A stretch of 64,000 nucleotides of DNA, taken from contig OX597815.1 in the NCBI GenBank assembly GCA_951406725.2, positions 66,898,001 to 66,962,000 of the forward strand, read 5' to 3'. Position 1 is the stretch's first letter; every line of letters begins with the position of its first letter. The translations under genes were made by a program, and so were the position numbers. The notes below the pieces were generated by a model, which did no database searches, was not told where the DNA came from, and was given only the letters and a program-made list of their open reading frames with translations. The stretch is from Octopus vulgaris (lineage: Eukaryota). Below are positions 52,568 through 64,000 of the stretch, piece after piece.

Positions 52568-54022
52568 GTAAGTCGCAGGTTTTGGAGACGGAAGAAACAG
52601 TTTTGGTGTTTGTATGTATGATTATATAGTACAGTTTTAATTGTTTAATTTATAAAGTGAGAAGGGGAAGATTAATTACAATTTAGCCTTAAATTTGAGT
52701 TATTATCTTAAGGGAAATGTAGTTTTATCTTGTATCACGTATCGGCTGCACGTGCCATCTTTTGTCTTGCCGGACAAGGAACAAAAAAAAAAAAATTCCG
52801 TTTCTTCTTTGTTTTAATTTTTACGTTATTTATTTTAATTTTGTTCACATAATATTTTTATGTGCATTTTGTTAGTCGATATTTTATTGTAAGATATTCT
52901 GTTTCTATCGTTAAGTGATATCACAACATAATTCTCCTTGAGATATCGAATGAAGTCCGTCTGGGCGGGAAAAACTGTTTCAGCCATTGACTCGTCTTTA
53001 ACAAATGTTTCGTAACAATTCTTCTCCCTCAGAAAATACTCAACAGCTTTCTTTTTTAATATCTAAATGTATGTACTAATAAACATTTTTTTATTTGCGA
53101 AAACGTTATTTCTAATTAATTTGTTTCTGAGTGGTTTTATGAACTGAAAGTACAAAAGAGTTAAAGGAAGAGAAAGGTTATCAACTCCATATTGAAGAGA
53201 AATACACTTTTACACGTTTCTTGTTCAACCAACATAGTTTTCAATTTGAAACCATTTAGCATTAAAAAATTAAACCTTTAAACTAATACCTTAAATACAT
53301 ATTCCCGTATATCATTTTATTAATTTGAAAATTATTGAATGTACATTGTTTTTATTAAAAAATGCCGGTGAGGCTTTATATTGCCCCCCCCCCAATCATG
53401 GCGAGCGGCAGCTTTCAACAAAGCCCACATTCAATTGCTTTCTTTTTATTTCTATTTGTATTTAAAAAAAAAAAAAATCTACGTAGTTTATTCTTGTATT
53501 GACTATTATATTTTAGTAAAAGCTTTGTTATACAAAGTAACTCATAGTTGTCCTCGTTTCTCTATTCTTTTGTTAATGCGTCCTCCTCTCTGATACTTAT
53601 CGCAATGTCGTATGAGAGGAGGAAATACAAAGGATTGGTTTAGATTTATATATATATACACACACACATACTATATCAAATCTCTATTGTATCTATCTCA
53701 AAGCATTAGACATTTCTCTATACTAGAACGCTCTACTTCACTTTATATTTTTATTTTTCTTATATATCGGCATTTCAGAAAACTTTTTTTCGTAACTTGA
53801 TTTTAATTCAAATTAGGGCAACTATTTATATATTTTGTTTCCGTTTAATAACGTAACTAAAGCGTGTTCATACTTGTATTTTTTTTTCATGTTGTAACTT
53901 GTAATTTAACTTGATTTTATTTATTGCTCCAGTTAATCACTTAGTACAAATATTTATTTCTAGGGAGCTGAGCAAGGTCTTTTGAAGTCACTTTCCAGAT
54001 TCCTCTTAAATTTGCTGTCACC

Positions 54023-54128
54023 ATGCAACAGCAGCAAGATCAACATAATGACGACGAGGGATGTGTTGTGCGACTCCGTGGTCTTCCATGGGCTGCCACA
54101 GCCTCAGATGTTCTCAAGTTCTTTGAAG
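54023..54128 (+). CDS. HNRNPH1: hnRNP F/H family protein (glorund-type), coding exon 1, start of qRRM1
   Basis: MQQQQDQHNDDEGCVVRLRGLPWAATASDVLKFFE; donor GT at 54129. Confidence 0.93.
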
Positions 54129-54590
54129 GTTTGGACTATAAAATTTTTAGTATTACATCCGTTTTTAATTTTAGAGGCAGTGATTTATCTAGAGAAGGAA
54201 AACGCATCAAAAACAATGTAATTACTGCCATTTCTGTACTCGGTAGCTTTTTCAAATCTTGCCGAGCTTAGCTCTTCCTTTCATCCCTTCGGGATCGATA
54301 AGAGTACTAAAGTACTGGAGTTGATGTAAATCGACTTAATCCTCTCCACTTAAAATAGCTGGTTTTGAACCATGTAACGGACCGGCGTCCATTTCAGAGG
54401 CAATGTTGCGAACTCAAGTCATAGAAACCGGCTAACCGGTTTTATGAGTCCTTGAATTCGAGAATGAAAAAAAAAATCTTCTACATTTGTTGTGACACCA
54501 GTGTCGGACATTTACCTAATAAATTTATCTATCTAATTTAAAGGATTAATTTACCTAATGAACGGTTTTGACGGTCGGATTCGTTTAAAG

Positions 54591-54814
54591 CAAGGGTTCT
54601 CAATAATTTTTTATCTATGGACCCCTTTGATTACTATTTTATTCTGGTAGATTCGCAGACATTTGTGGAAACGTTCTTCAAAATTCCTATTTTTTTCCCC
54701 CCTCACATTAACTTGTGTAGGCTGAAACACAGCCGTTTCTGGCAATACAGCTACAGCAAAATTTTTTCAAGGGCCCTTAAAATACTATTGTAGAGCCCCA
54801 GTTGAGAACCACTG
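54591..54814. mobile_element. hAT MITE in hnRNP intron
   Basis: termini CAAGGGTTCTCAA / TTGAGAACCACTG; TSD GTTTAAAG / GTTTAGAG. Confidence 0.75.
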
Positions 54815-55055
54815 GTTTAGAGCAGCAAAAACATTTTAGGGTAAACGTAAGTTCCCACACGGGTTAAATTTTTACTGTTACATTGATCTCACTTTAAAGG
54901 TGAAAAATTTTTGATGGTCAGGTTTGTTTGAAACTATCAAAACTGTAGAAAAGGGAGGTTGGTGCAGTTGTAAAAATGTACTTTTTTTTTTGTGAGATTT
55001 GCTGAATATCTTAAATGGTGGGAGTCTATTTGGATCTGCCTTCCATTTCCAACAG

Positions 55056-55211
55056 GTTGCCGAGTTTATGGTGAGGAAATGGGAGTTCACTTCACTTATT
55101 CAAGAGAGGGTCGACCTAGTGGTGAGGCTTTTGTGGAGTTTGTCAGTAACGAGGACAAGGAACTGGCATTGAAAAAGAATAATGCTCATATGGGTCAGAG
55201 ATACATTGAAG
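55056..55211 (+). CDS. HNRNPH1: hnRNP F/H coding exon 2 (156 nt), qRRM1
   Basis: GVHFTYSREGRPSGEAFVEF..HMGQRYIE; AG/GT boundaries, phase 1-1. Confidence 0.95.
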
Positions 55212-56082
55212 GTAAGGTATAAAAAATTTGGGAAATGTGGAAATTAAGGCACAATTTCGAAAATAATTGGAATGTATAAAAAAAAAGCATGGTTTACTTG
55301 AAGTACTGAAGCGGAAATGAAATATTTACTTCAGGAAGGGAAATGCTAGTATCCAGTTTCCATTCATGAGTCACATGGAATTCGATGCATGTTTAACTAG
55401 ATGCCCTTGCTGTTGCCAACCCTCACCTATTTCAAGGCAAGGTATTATTCCTCCATGGATACAGGTTTTCACAACATTGGGAATGAAATACTTCCAATTG
55501 AGGCAGCAGTTTAAAGGTTTGTCATTGTTGGTGTATCTCTAAGACAGCAATTTCTTTTAATGTGATCTTACATGGATGTATTTGTGTTTCTAATCTGAAG
55601 TTTAGTTTTCATTTTTTATGCTTGTTTTTCAAGGCAGATTTCTATGGCTGAATGCCCTTTTGTTTGCTGCCAAGCAAGATACTTCCCTGTGGTTAGACAT
55701 GTACTTTTACAGAATATTGTAAATTAGTGGCACTAGTTTACAGCTACTCAAGGCTTCCATCACCCTGGGGCTATAGTAGGCATTTGCCAAAGTGCCATGC
55801 CATGGGATGAACCTCAAACCATTTGGCTGGGAAGCAGACATAACTGAATGTTTAATTAGAATCATTGACAAAATACTGGACATCTTGTTTGTAGCATCAC
55901 CATAGTAAAATAAATTCGTTTTTTAGTATTTCTAGAAAACCATGTCTTTCTTACATTCTTCATATCTTTGAAATTGATCTATGATTCTTCACATTTACTG
56001 TAAATTCTTGTGGAGATTTAGGAATGGGGAAAGTAAGGATTTGGGTTTCTAACGACATTGCTTTCAATCTAACCGTTTGTAG

Positions 56083-56226
56083 TCTTCAGATCTAAGAAAA
56101 GCGAGATGGATTGGGTTATCAAGCGAGCTGGATCCAGTCAGGTGACTGGTCAAAGTGATGCTGTGGTAAGGATGAGAGGATTGCCATTTGGATGTTCAAA
56201 AGAAGAGATTGCTCAATTTTTCACAG
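56083..56226 (+). CDS. HNRNPH1: hnRNP F/H coding exon 3 (144 nt), linker and start of qRRM2
   Basis: [36 protein letters not shown]; AG/GT boundaries. Confidence 0.95.
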
Positions 56227-57111
56227 GTAAGATTTTTTCTTTACAACTGAATAGTTTTTTTTTTATGGACTTTTTAGTTGTAATCAGTATCTGACTGACT
56301 ACAAATACTGCATTATCAGTGTAAGAAATTATTGGAGGAGCTTGGTCTCTACCTTTGCTTTATAATTTCTATAAAGATATGTAGTCAAGTTTGTAGTCTA
56401 AATAGTGTATGTATATAGTTAGATGTTATATATTTAGCTGTATATATATTCTCCCCTTAATTGTCGTTTTTCAGATGCTGGTAGTAAGTTTCCCTGTCCT
56501 TTTTTTAATTTTTTGAGATTGTGTAGGTTGTTGATTATATGTACTTAGTTACAGAGCTGTAATATTTTAATAGGGAAAAATTTGTATACTTTGCTATTTT
56601 CTAAATTAAGAACCTTTTTAGATATTGAATTGTTAATCTTGTTTGTATATTGCCATGTATTTGTATTGTAAATGTTCTGCTGATGTAATTTTGTAATTTC
56701 AATTTTGATTGTATAAAAATTATAAGGCTCTTGAGTTGTATTTTTTTTCATTTGTTTCAAGTTAGTCCTTTCTTCCTGTTTTCTTAGCTTATTGGAATGA
56801 TATATAGAAAATGTTTTTAAATGAAATAGCTTGTTAAATACTGTAAATATATTTATATCTTATTGTTTATAAATGTTAAATTGCTAATTTATTAGTTATG
56901 AAGAATAATAATGTTGATCGAATTTTAAAGGTTGGGCTTGTATTTTTAAAAAAAACCCACCTTATTATAATGTTTGTATTTTGAATATTTAACTTTTTTG
57001 TATGCACTTTGATATTTTTATCTTAATTTAAATTGGTTTTTAATATTTTTTGCATGATAAGTTTCACTTGTTGCTTCATTATGTGTCTTTCTGATTGGGA
57101 CGGGTGTGTAG

Positions 57112-57250
57112 GGCTGGAGATTGTCCCCAATGGGATTATGCTACCTGAGGACCGACAGGGGCGCAGCACGGGGGAGGCCTATGTACAGTATGCATCACCA
57201 GAAATAGCCAAAAAAGCATTGGATAAACACATGGCAAGACTGGGGCACAG
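57112..57250 (+). CDS. HNRNPH1: hnRNP F/H coding exon 4 (139 nt), qRRM2
   Basis: [35 protein letters not shown]; G-rich acceptor, GTGGGA donor. Confidence 0.95.
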
Positions 57251-58461
57251 GTGGGAGGACGGATGGGCCTGTTGGGGCTTATCTATTGTTGGTTTGTGTG
57301 CTGAGTTTGAATGACTGGATTAATTTTTTTAATTTTTAATAATTTATATTGGGATAAATTTGCACACTCGAAAAATGCTTTTTTTTAAAAAAAAATATTC
57401 TTTCATGTAAAATTTTCTTAGAATAAATTATTCTTTTCTATCGCAAAGTAAAATCTGGTTGGCTTAACATTGTGCCTCTCTTATAATTAATTCTATGAAA
57501 AGCATTTTTCTGTGTTTTGATTTTGTTTTTTTTTCTTTCTATAAAGTTCTGTAATTGTTTTTGTATAATCATCATTGTAGATTAAATTTTAAATAAATTA
57601 TACTGGAGTTAAGAAGGGTTGTTTTAAGATTAAAAAAAAAAAAATTGTAATTTTATATGTAAAAGCTCATTCAGCCTATATTTAGTGAGTGGCCTGGATC
57701 CATTCTTTAGTTATTTTTGCCCAAGGTTAAGATAGGCTTTTTTGAAAAATTCACTTAATGGGCAATTTGAATTGGATAAAATTCATCTAGACTAGTATAC
57801 TTTCTGTTAGCTAAATTTATGGCCTGTTTGAGTATTAGTGAATACTGGCAATTTTCTAATGGATATATTTAATACATACATGAAATCTTTATAAAGTGAA
57901 ACTTGAGACTGGTTCCTCCTTAGCTTGCAGGAGTATTTCTGAATTTGTATTTTTCGGTAACAGATTTCAAATTATAGTTTGTCATTTGTGCATGTATTTT
58001 CGTTTGAAACTAGATATTCTTTATATGGGTTTTTGATTTGATCAAGCTTGAAGGTAGTATTATTTGGTTGGTGGGGATCTGTGGATGTTATTCCTCAAGT
58101 AATGTAACTTGGGTAAAGAAGGAAGACAAAAAAATAATTCTGAATGTTATGAATTCTCAAGCTTGATCATTCAAATGTCCCTAGTGTTAAGGGTTTTGGC
58201 TGAATGAGCTACTTAGTATTACAGTAGCAACATAACCTGGCTAAATCTAGTGACTAGTGTGTAGATGATGTGTGAATGGGTTTTTTCAGTTTTCTTTATT
58301 TTTTCCCCCCTTTATTTAATACACAGGATACTGAAATGTAAATAACTTGTGATGTATTATCTTTGACGTAAATTTCAGTATCCTGTGTATAAATGGGGAT
58401 GTATTCTTTTCATGTTTTTAAGCATTGTGCCAGTGTTAATATTGTTCTTCTCTTATTTTAG

Positions 58462-58667
58462 ATATATTGAAATATTCCCTAGTACATTGCAAGAGGCTTA
58501 TGCAAATGTTGGACCACCGCGACAACGTAATCTAGGATTCATGGCTGGTAACAGACCTGGTCCTTATGATAGAAACGATCGTTTTGGAGGCAGTATGAAT
58601 GCCATGGGTGGTGGTGGCTTTGCTGCTGGTGGTTATGGTCGAGGAAGAGGTGGCAGAAATGTTAAAG
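58462..58667 (+). CDS. HNRNPH1: hnRNP F/H coding exon 5 (206 nt), GYR-like region
   Basis: YIEIFPS..RPGPYDR..GRGRGGRNVK; phase consistent. Confidence 0.93.
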
Positions 58668-58760
58668 GTGGGTGTTTCATGTTTTATAAACATAAATCTT
58701 GATTCTTTTAAGTATGTAAACTTAGACCGCTTTTATTTATGGTTGTATGTGTTTTTGTAG

Positions 58761-58993
58761 GATTCTTTGAGGATGACTATGATGAGTATGGAGGTGGTTA
58801 TGGTGGTGGCATGGGTTTTGGTGGTATCAACAGAAGAGGAAATCTTCGTCCTCAAACCAGAGGTCGATTACAAGGTGGATCTTTTGCAAGACCAAAAGGT
58901 GCAACACCTGGCAGTATGTATGTCAGCAAATCTGGCCATTCTGTACACATGAGAGGTCTACCATTCCAAGCAATTGAACAGGATATTAGAGAT
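58761..58993 (+). CDS. HNRNPH1: hnRNP F/H coding exon 6 (233 nt), start of qRRM3
   Basis: FFEDDYDEYGGG..SGHSVHMRGLPFQAIEQDIRD. Confidence 0.93.
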
Positions 58994-59083
58994 GTAAGTA
59001 TATTTTCAAATTGGTCTTGTTTTACATGCATATTGTGTGTACATGCCATAATAAACTTTTGTCAACTTTTGTCCTATTTGCAG

Positions 59084-59216
59084 TTCTTCAGACCTTTAGA
59101 CCCAATCAGGATAGAATTTGAATATAGAAATAACAGGCCAACAGGAGAAGCAGATGTTGACTTCAGTTCCCATCAGGATGCTGTATCTTCCATGGAGAGA
59201 CACAAAAATTACATTC
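59084..59216 (+). CDS. HNRNPH1: hnRNP F/H coding exon 7 (133 nt), qRRM3
   Basis: FFRPLDPIRI..RPTGEADVDFSSHQDAVSSM. Confidence 0.93.
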
Positions 59217-59294
59217 GTAAGTTTAATTCTTTATTTTACAATACTTATGTCTATATTTATTTCATGTTTTGATTCATTTTCTTTCTTTCTCTAG

Positions 59295-59471
59295 AGGATC
59301 GTTACATAGAGCTCTTCTTGAACTCTACTCCTGATGGCCGTGGTGATGGTGGTGGTGTTGGTGGTGGCTATGGTGATGGCCCCATGGGCAGTGGCCGCTT
59401 TGGAGGAATTGGAGGTGGAATGGGTGGAGGAGGAATGGGAGGTGGCGGCGGTATGAATAATTATGGTGGTA
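59295..59471 (+). CDS. HNRNPH1: hnRNP F/H coding exon 8 (177 nt), end of qRRM3 and Gly-rich tail
   Basis: QDRYIELFLNSTP..GGGGMNNYGG; donor GTAAGT at 59472. Confidence 0.9.
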
Positions 59472-59574
59472 GTAAGTATTAATCTTGCCTTTTTTTTTTA
59501 ATAGAAAAATCCTTTGTAACATTTGTTTAAAATTTTTTGCCTGATATTTCAAATGCTATTTCTTCTCTTTTCAG

Positions 59575-59670
59575 ATTTCATGTCTGACTTCAACAGTGGT
59601 GGTGGCATGGGGGGTGGCATGGGAGGTGGCATGGGGGGTGGTATGGGAGCAGCAATGAACAATTACGGGG
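59575..59670 (+). CDS. HNRNPH1: hnRNP F/H coding exon 9 (96 nt), GGGM repeats; 3' end of gene unresolved
   Basis: NFMSDFNSGGGMGGGMGGGMGGGMGAAMNNYG; acceptor TTTCAG, donor GTGAGT. Confidence 0.85.
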
Positions 59671-61194
59671 GTGAGTTTTGGGTTTGATCTGGTCTGTCAA
59701 CAACCTCTTGCTCTACATGAAGCTTGACAATGGAGAATTTATGAACATGACAACATTGCGGAGTAGATTCTAAGCCTAAAAACAAAAATTTTACATCAAT
59801 GCATCATCATTTGGAGAAAGCAGTTTTTGAATAAGACTTTCAAATAAGTGAATTCATGGTAAAGTTACGTTTCAGATTCTATAGCAAATTTCATAATCAT
59901 TAAATTCATAGACGAGGAGGAAACTAAGGATTTTACCATGGAGCTTAAATGCATTTTTCTTTTTAATGCATTAAGAATCATCCATCCAGTTGGGGGTAGC
60001 TTTTGGCAGTAGGTGGTAGTGTTGCTAAAAATTGTGCAACTTAAAAAAAAAAAAACTTTTTTGATGATGCTGTATGCCACTGGCTCTGCTTTAAAACATT
60101 TCACACCTCAAAGTATTTCATCACCACCATTCTATGAACAATTGTTTTCCTAATTGCTAGATAATATCACTTTAGAAATTTCAATGTAACATCTTTTATG
60201 TATAAAGGCTTTTACTATTGAATGAGTTTTGTGTTATTAACTGGAGCTTGTAAATGTATATTTGAATGTTGGTTAAACTCTTTTGACAGAGCATTGCATG
60301 TAATGTGAGTTTTGTATCATCTGGCTAAATGTTAGAACAAGAATGGGTGTGACTAAAGTAGTTAGCTGTGCATTTGGTCTTGAGGCATTTATACTCAACA
60401 GCAGGAGTCTATTGTAAGCATCCTATATGGATAGGAAGAGTTGGACCATATCAAGTCATTTAGTTTAGCCACAACCATTGAGCTTATGTGGATGGTAATT
60501 TCATTAAAATTGCAGATTTTTATACAGCAGCTTGGATGATATTTTATTGCTAAGACATGTTTAATACATGCATTTAAAGTTGGCAGTTTTGCAAAATCAT
60601 ATTGCCTTAAACGTAACAGGTGACAGGGTTTGAATGTCTACAATGCAAAGAATAAAGAACATTTGAAGTATCTTCTGATAGGGATGGTCTTCAAAATAAA
60701 TATAGAGAACTTTGGTGGCACTGAAAGATTTCTAAAGTAACAGGTGGATGTACTTGACAGTTTTGAACAACCCTTCCAACAGTTACAGGAGGATTTTCAA
60801 ACATGGAGTAGCTAAAACACTTCTGGGCAAAGATTCCAATTTGATGGAACAGTCTTATTTTTAGATATTTCAGGTTGGAACAAGAAGTTGGACCAACAGC
60901 CTGCGATTGCTTTTGATTTGATATAACATTGGTACCTATATATACTCCAGAATTTTTTTTTTACCATACACAGAAGCAATTATAGGATTTTTATAACCTG
61001 GAAAATTATTACCAGGGCAAAAGCTTCATCTTATGCTGGATAGCAGTTGTATGTCCTGAGATGAAGATCCAGAAGTTTTATGCAGGTTCTCTTATGATAT
61101 CACAAGTTGGTGTTAAGTCCCAAAGAAAGTATATCCAGATGACTGCACCCAGTAATTGAAACGTGATCCTTTACTTATTACAAGGTTGCTTTGC

Positions 61195-61452
61195 TTCTTT
61201 TACTTTTTTCAGTCGAGCAAATCGACCCCGGGACTTATTCTTTTTGCCGAACTGCTAAGTGACGGCGACGTAAACACACCAGCATCGGTTGTCAAGCAAT
61301 GCTAGTGGGGGACAAACACATACATACATATGACAGGCTTCTTTCAGTTTCCGTCTACCAAATCCACTCACAAGGCATTAGTTGGCTCGGGGCTATAGCA
61401 GAAGACACCATGTGGTTGGTTAGCAAGCCACTTACCACACGCTACTCCTGTG
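61195..61452 (-). mobile_element. tRNA-derived SINE, dominant family, internally deleted
   Basis: matches 8656-9057 with internal deletions. Confidence 0.8.
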
Positions 61453-62509
61453 GCTCCTAATATAGACATATTAATTATAAATGAAATCATTCTTGTTTGT
61501 AAAAAGTTTTTATTTAAACAATAGCATTTTCAAACAAGTTAACATATTTCAACTTAATATTATTTACAAAGTAAATGCAAGAAGATATGCAGTTGTTAGT
61601 GATGTTTTAGGACTGTAAGGTGAAATAATAGATATTAGGATTATAAACTTATATAAAGTTTTAGCTGAAAAACAAAATTAGCATTAAATGTGTTAAGTGT
61701 AAAAAGACTAATCAAACATGCTTGTAGTTTGATATACTGCACATTTCATCATTGCGTTTATCAATTTTACAAAACCTGTGTCTTTAGGTTTCTCTAACCC
61801 TCGCATTACTCGTTGCTTCATAACGTGCACAAATTCTTTGTTGCTGAGTTGACCATCATCTATAATTAAAAAAAAATTAATTTATATAGAAATATGTAAA
61901 AGCTTTGTCTCGTGGCATTTCTTAAAATATGGACTTAATGCATCATTTGGATTTAAACTGGCCAAGACATTCCAGCCTCACACCTCTCCTAAAGATGCCA
62001 TTATAAAAAATGGTCATTGAAATCTTGAAGCTATGAGCATTCTGATTAAATATGTGAATATTACATTTGACAAAGTAATCTGAATTCTAAAGAGTTAGTG
62101 ACATAGTACCCGAACAAAACTTACTGTTTTCATCAAATATAGTGAAAACTAAATCCACAAGATGATCTGTTAGTTGGACATTAGCCACTGTCTTGGCAAC
62201 ATGTTTCAAGGTTTCTGAAAAAAAAGAATGAAATACGAAGGATTAGATTTATTCATCAGTACATAAAAATGTGTGATATATTAGTTCTTTGTTTACTTTC
62301 TGGCAGTAAAGTAACTATTATGTTTTCGTAAAAATTTCTGAGGGGTGGGGGACTTTTGAGAAAAGTAGTTGCCTTTTATTTAATCCGGCCGTGAGAACCT
62401 GTTATTTAAATGTGAATTTGAACCAAAATCTCGGTACATTCGTTAAAACATGCGATTTCACTTTGTAAATAGTTGGCTTATAGTATCTGACATTGCTTGA
62501 CATGATATC

Positions 62510-63432
62510 TCAACTCTGAATTTTGGGAGATTTTTTTCGGCATCGATTCCGAATTTAAAGCTTTTCAAACGGAAAATAGGGAGATATCGAGAAAAAGAAT
62601 GCATGAGGTCTTAAAGCACGTGGTGTACAAAATAGGATTTTTTTTATCCGAAAATGAAAGCGATTCTGAAGAAACAAATCGGCGACAGCGAAGACGATTT
62701 TACATAGGAATGAAGTAAAAAAAACTTTAAAAATGTTTTTATTAGCAATTTTTCTGAGGAGATAAAGTTTATCTATAGCCTTTCTTAGGAAGTGAAACCA
62801 TTAGACTTTTATTTTTTTTCAGTATGCTAGTTTGAAGAGATCACTTCGGAGACAAATTTACGCAGATTGTAAACAAACACAAAATGGGGGTTCAAATTTT
62901 GGAAAATTTGTGAAGCAAACACTGGGTACTGTTGTGGATTTAGTTTTTATACAGGGAAACTAATGTTAGTCAGCATGGCTTGGGGAACGATGTGGTCTGG
63001 AATTTATCACTTCCATACCATAACCAGGGCCGATTTCTTTAGTTCGGTCAAACTTGCGGTGGATTCTAGTATTCCACCTTTATGGTACAACTGATAATCT
63101 AGTGATGTGCACAATTCTTCTTTTTCAAAATTTTGTTGCATACCCATTTGAATATTAGCTGATGATTCATTTTCTATGGTGATGTTTAAACAAAATTTTA
63201 ATATTTTTACCTTTTGCTCAATTTACCTGTAATTAAAGTCACTTTGAGACAAAAGTTATGCAATAGAATTGATTAAGAACCCTTTCTTTAATTATGTTCC
63301 AAGTATCACAATATGTTGATAAGTAAAAAAGTTACAGTTATTTAATGAAACAAGCCTAGATTCATGATTATTTTAGAATTTAATTGAAACTCATGAGGGG
63401 TGTATTTTGGTCAGAAATATAGTAATGAAGGG
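62510..63432 (-). mobile_element. second copy of the piggyBac-type element at 43792, opposite orientation (left end uncertain)
   Basis: 62870-63432 is highly similar to the reverse complement of 43792-44395; 62514-62549 matches 44581-44616. Confidence 0.8.
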
Positions 63433-64000
63433 AAGTAAAGAAGTTACATTGTCCCAAACTCTTAATCTTAAGCCCCCCTGCTATGTGGGATTGGTTTCTG
63501 AAGTGGCAACATATTCATTAAATTGTTGCTTTGGATTTTTCTTTTTTTTTCAAACACTAAAATCCTGGAATTATAAGGATTTCAGAGTGTAGGTTTAAAC
63601 TTGCTTGAAAACTTGTGCAGTCAGACATCCTTGAGATAGTTTAAACCTTAGCCAAACTGAACTTGTAGGCAGCTCAAAACACAGAGTTGGTAGCTAGGCT
63701 TTGCAAAGGAGATGGATTTTGAAACTATACACACATATAATGGTTTTACTAATTAATCTCTCGCAGCCAGAGACTACTTACTAATAAACAAACAGGCAAG
63801 ATTGTTAGGAAGTCAAACAAAATGTTTAACAATATTTCATTTGTCTTTCATTATTTGGGTTAATGAAGAATCAGTTACACACTGGAGTTGATTACATCAA
63901 CTAAGCCCCCCTTCCCCAAATTTCAGACCTTGTCCTTATAGAAGAATTCTTATTACTATGTTGTATATCGTAAATATTATACTTGTGGCAATCAGTTACG

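Noticed and set aside
60860-63790. Candidate terminal hnRNP exons at acceptors near 60873, 61787 and 63767
   Set aside because: None gives a convincing Gly/Tyr-rich continuation; cannot be chosen without transcripts

Overview
AT-rich, repeat-dense eukaryotic genomic DNA, most likely an octopus (inferred from the abundant tRNA-derived SINE families and microsatellite landscape). The only well-supported protein-coding gene is an hnRNP F/H (glorund-type) gene on the + strand: a non-coding first exon ending at 52567 and nine coding exons from 54023 to 59670 (three qRRMs plus Gly/Tyr/Met-rich low-complexity regions); its 3' end is unresolved. Its promoter looks bidirectional, so the first 52 kb may be intronic to an unidentified minus-strand gene. 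The rest is mobile DNA: a Penelope-like element (GIY-YIG, Hydra-clade-like) inserted as a 1.1-kb-arm head-to-head palindrome in (TA)n, a second short Penelope-derived palindrome, hAT, piggyBac, Tc1/mariner, Helitron, RTE and L1/Tx1 remnants, and many SINEs. The most interesting observations are a 139-nt G-run-flanked frameshifting exon matching the vertebrate HNRNPH1 autoregulatory NMD exon, a candidate 9-nt microexon just upstream of it, five hammerhead-ribozyme-like motifs in three elements (one fused to a tRNA-derived Pol III head), and a templated insertion that preserves the empty site of a neighbouring hAT transposon. All calls are by eye; no alignments or folding programs were run.
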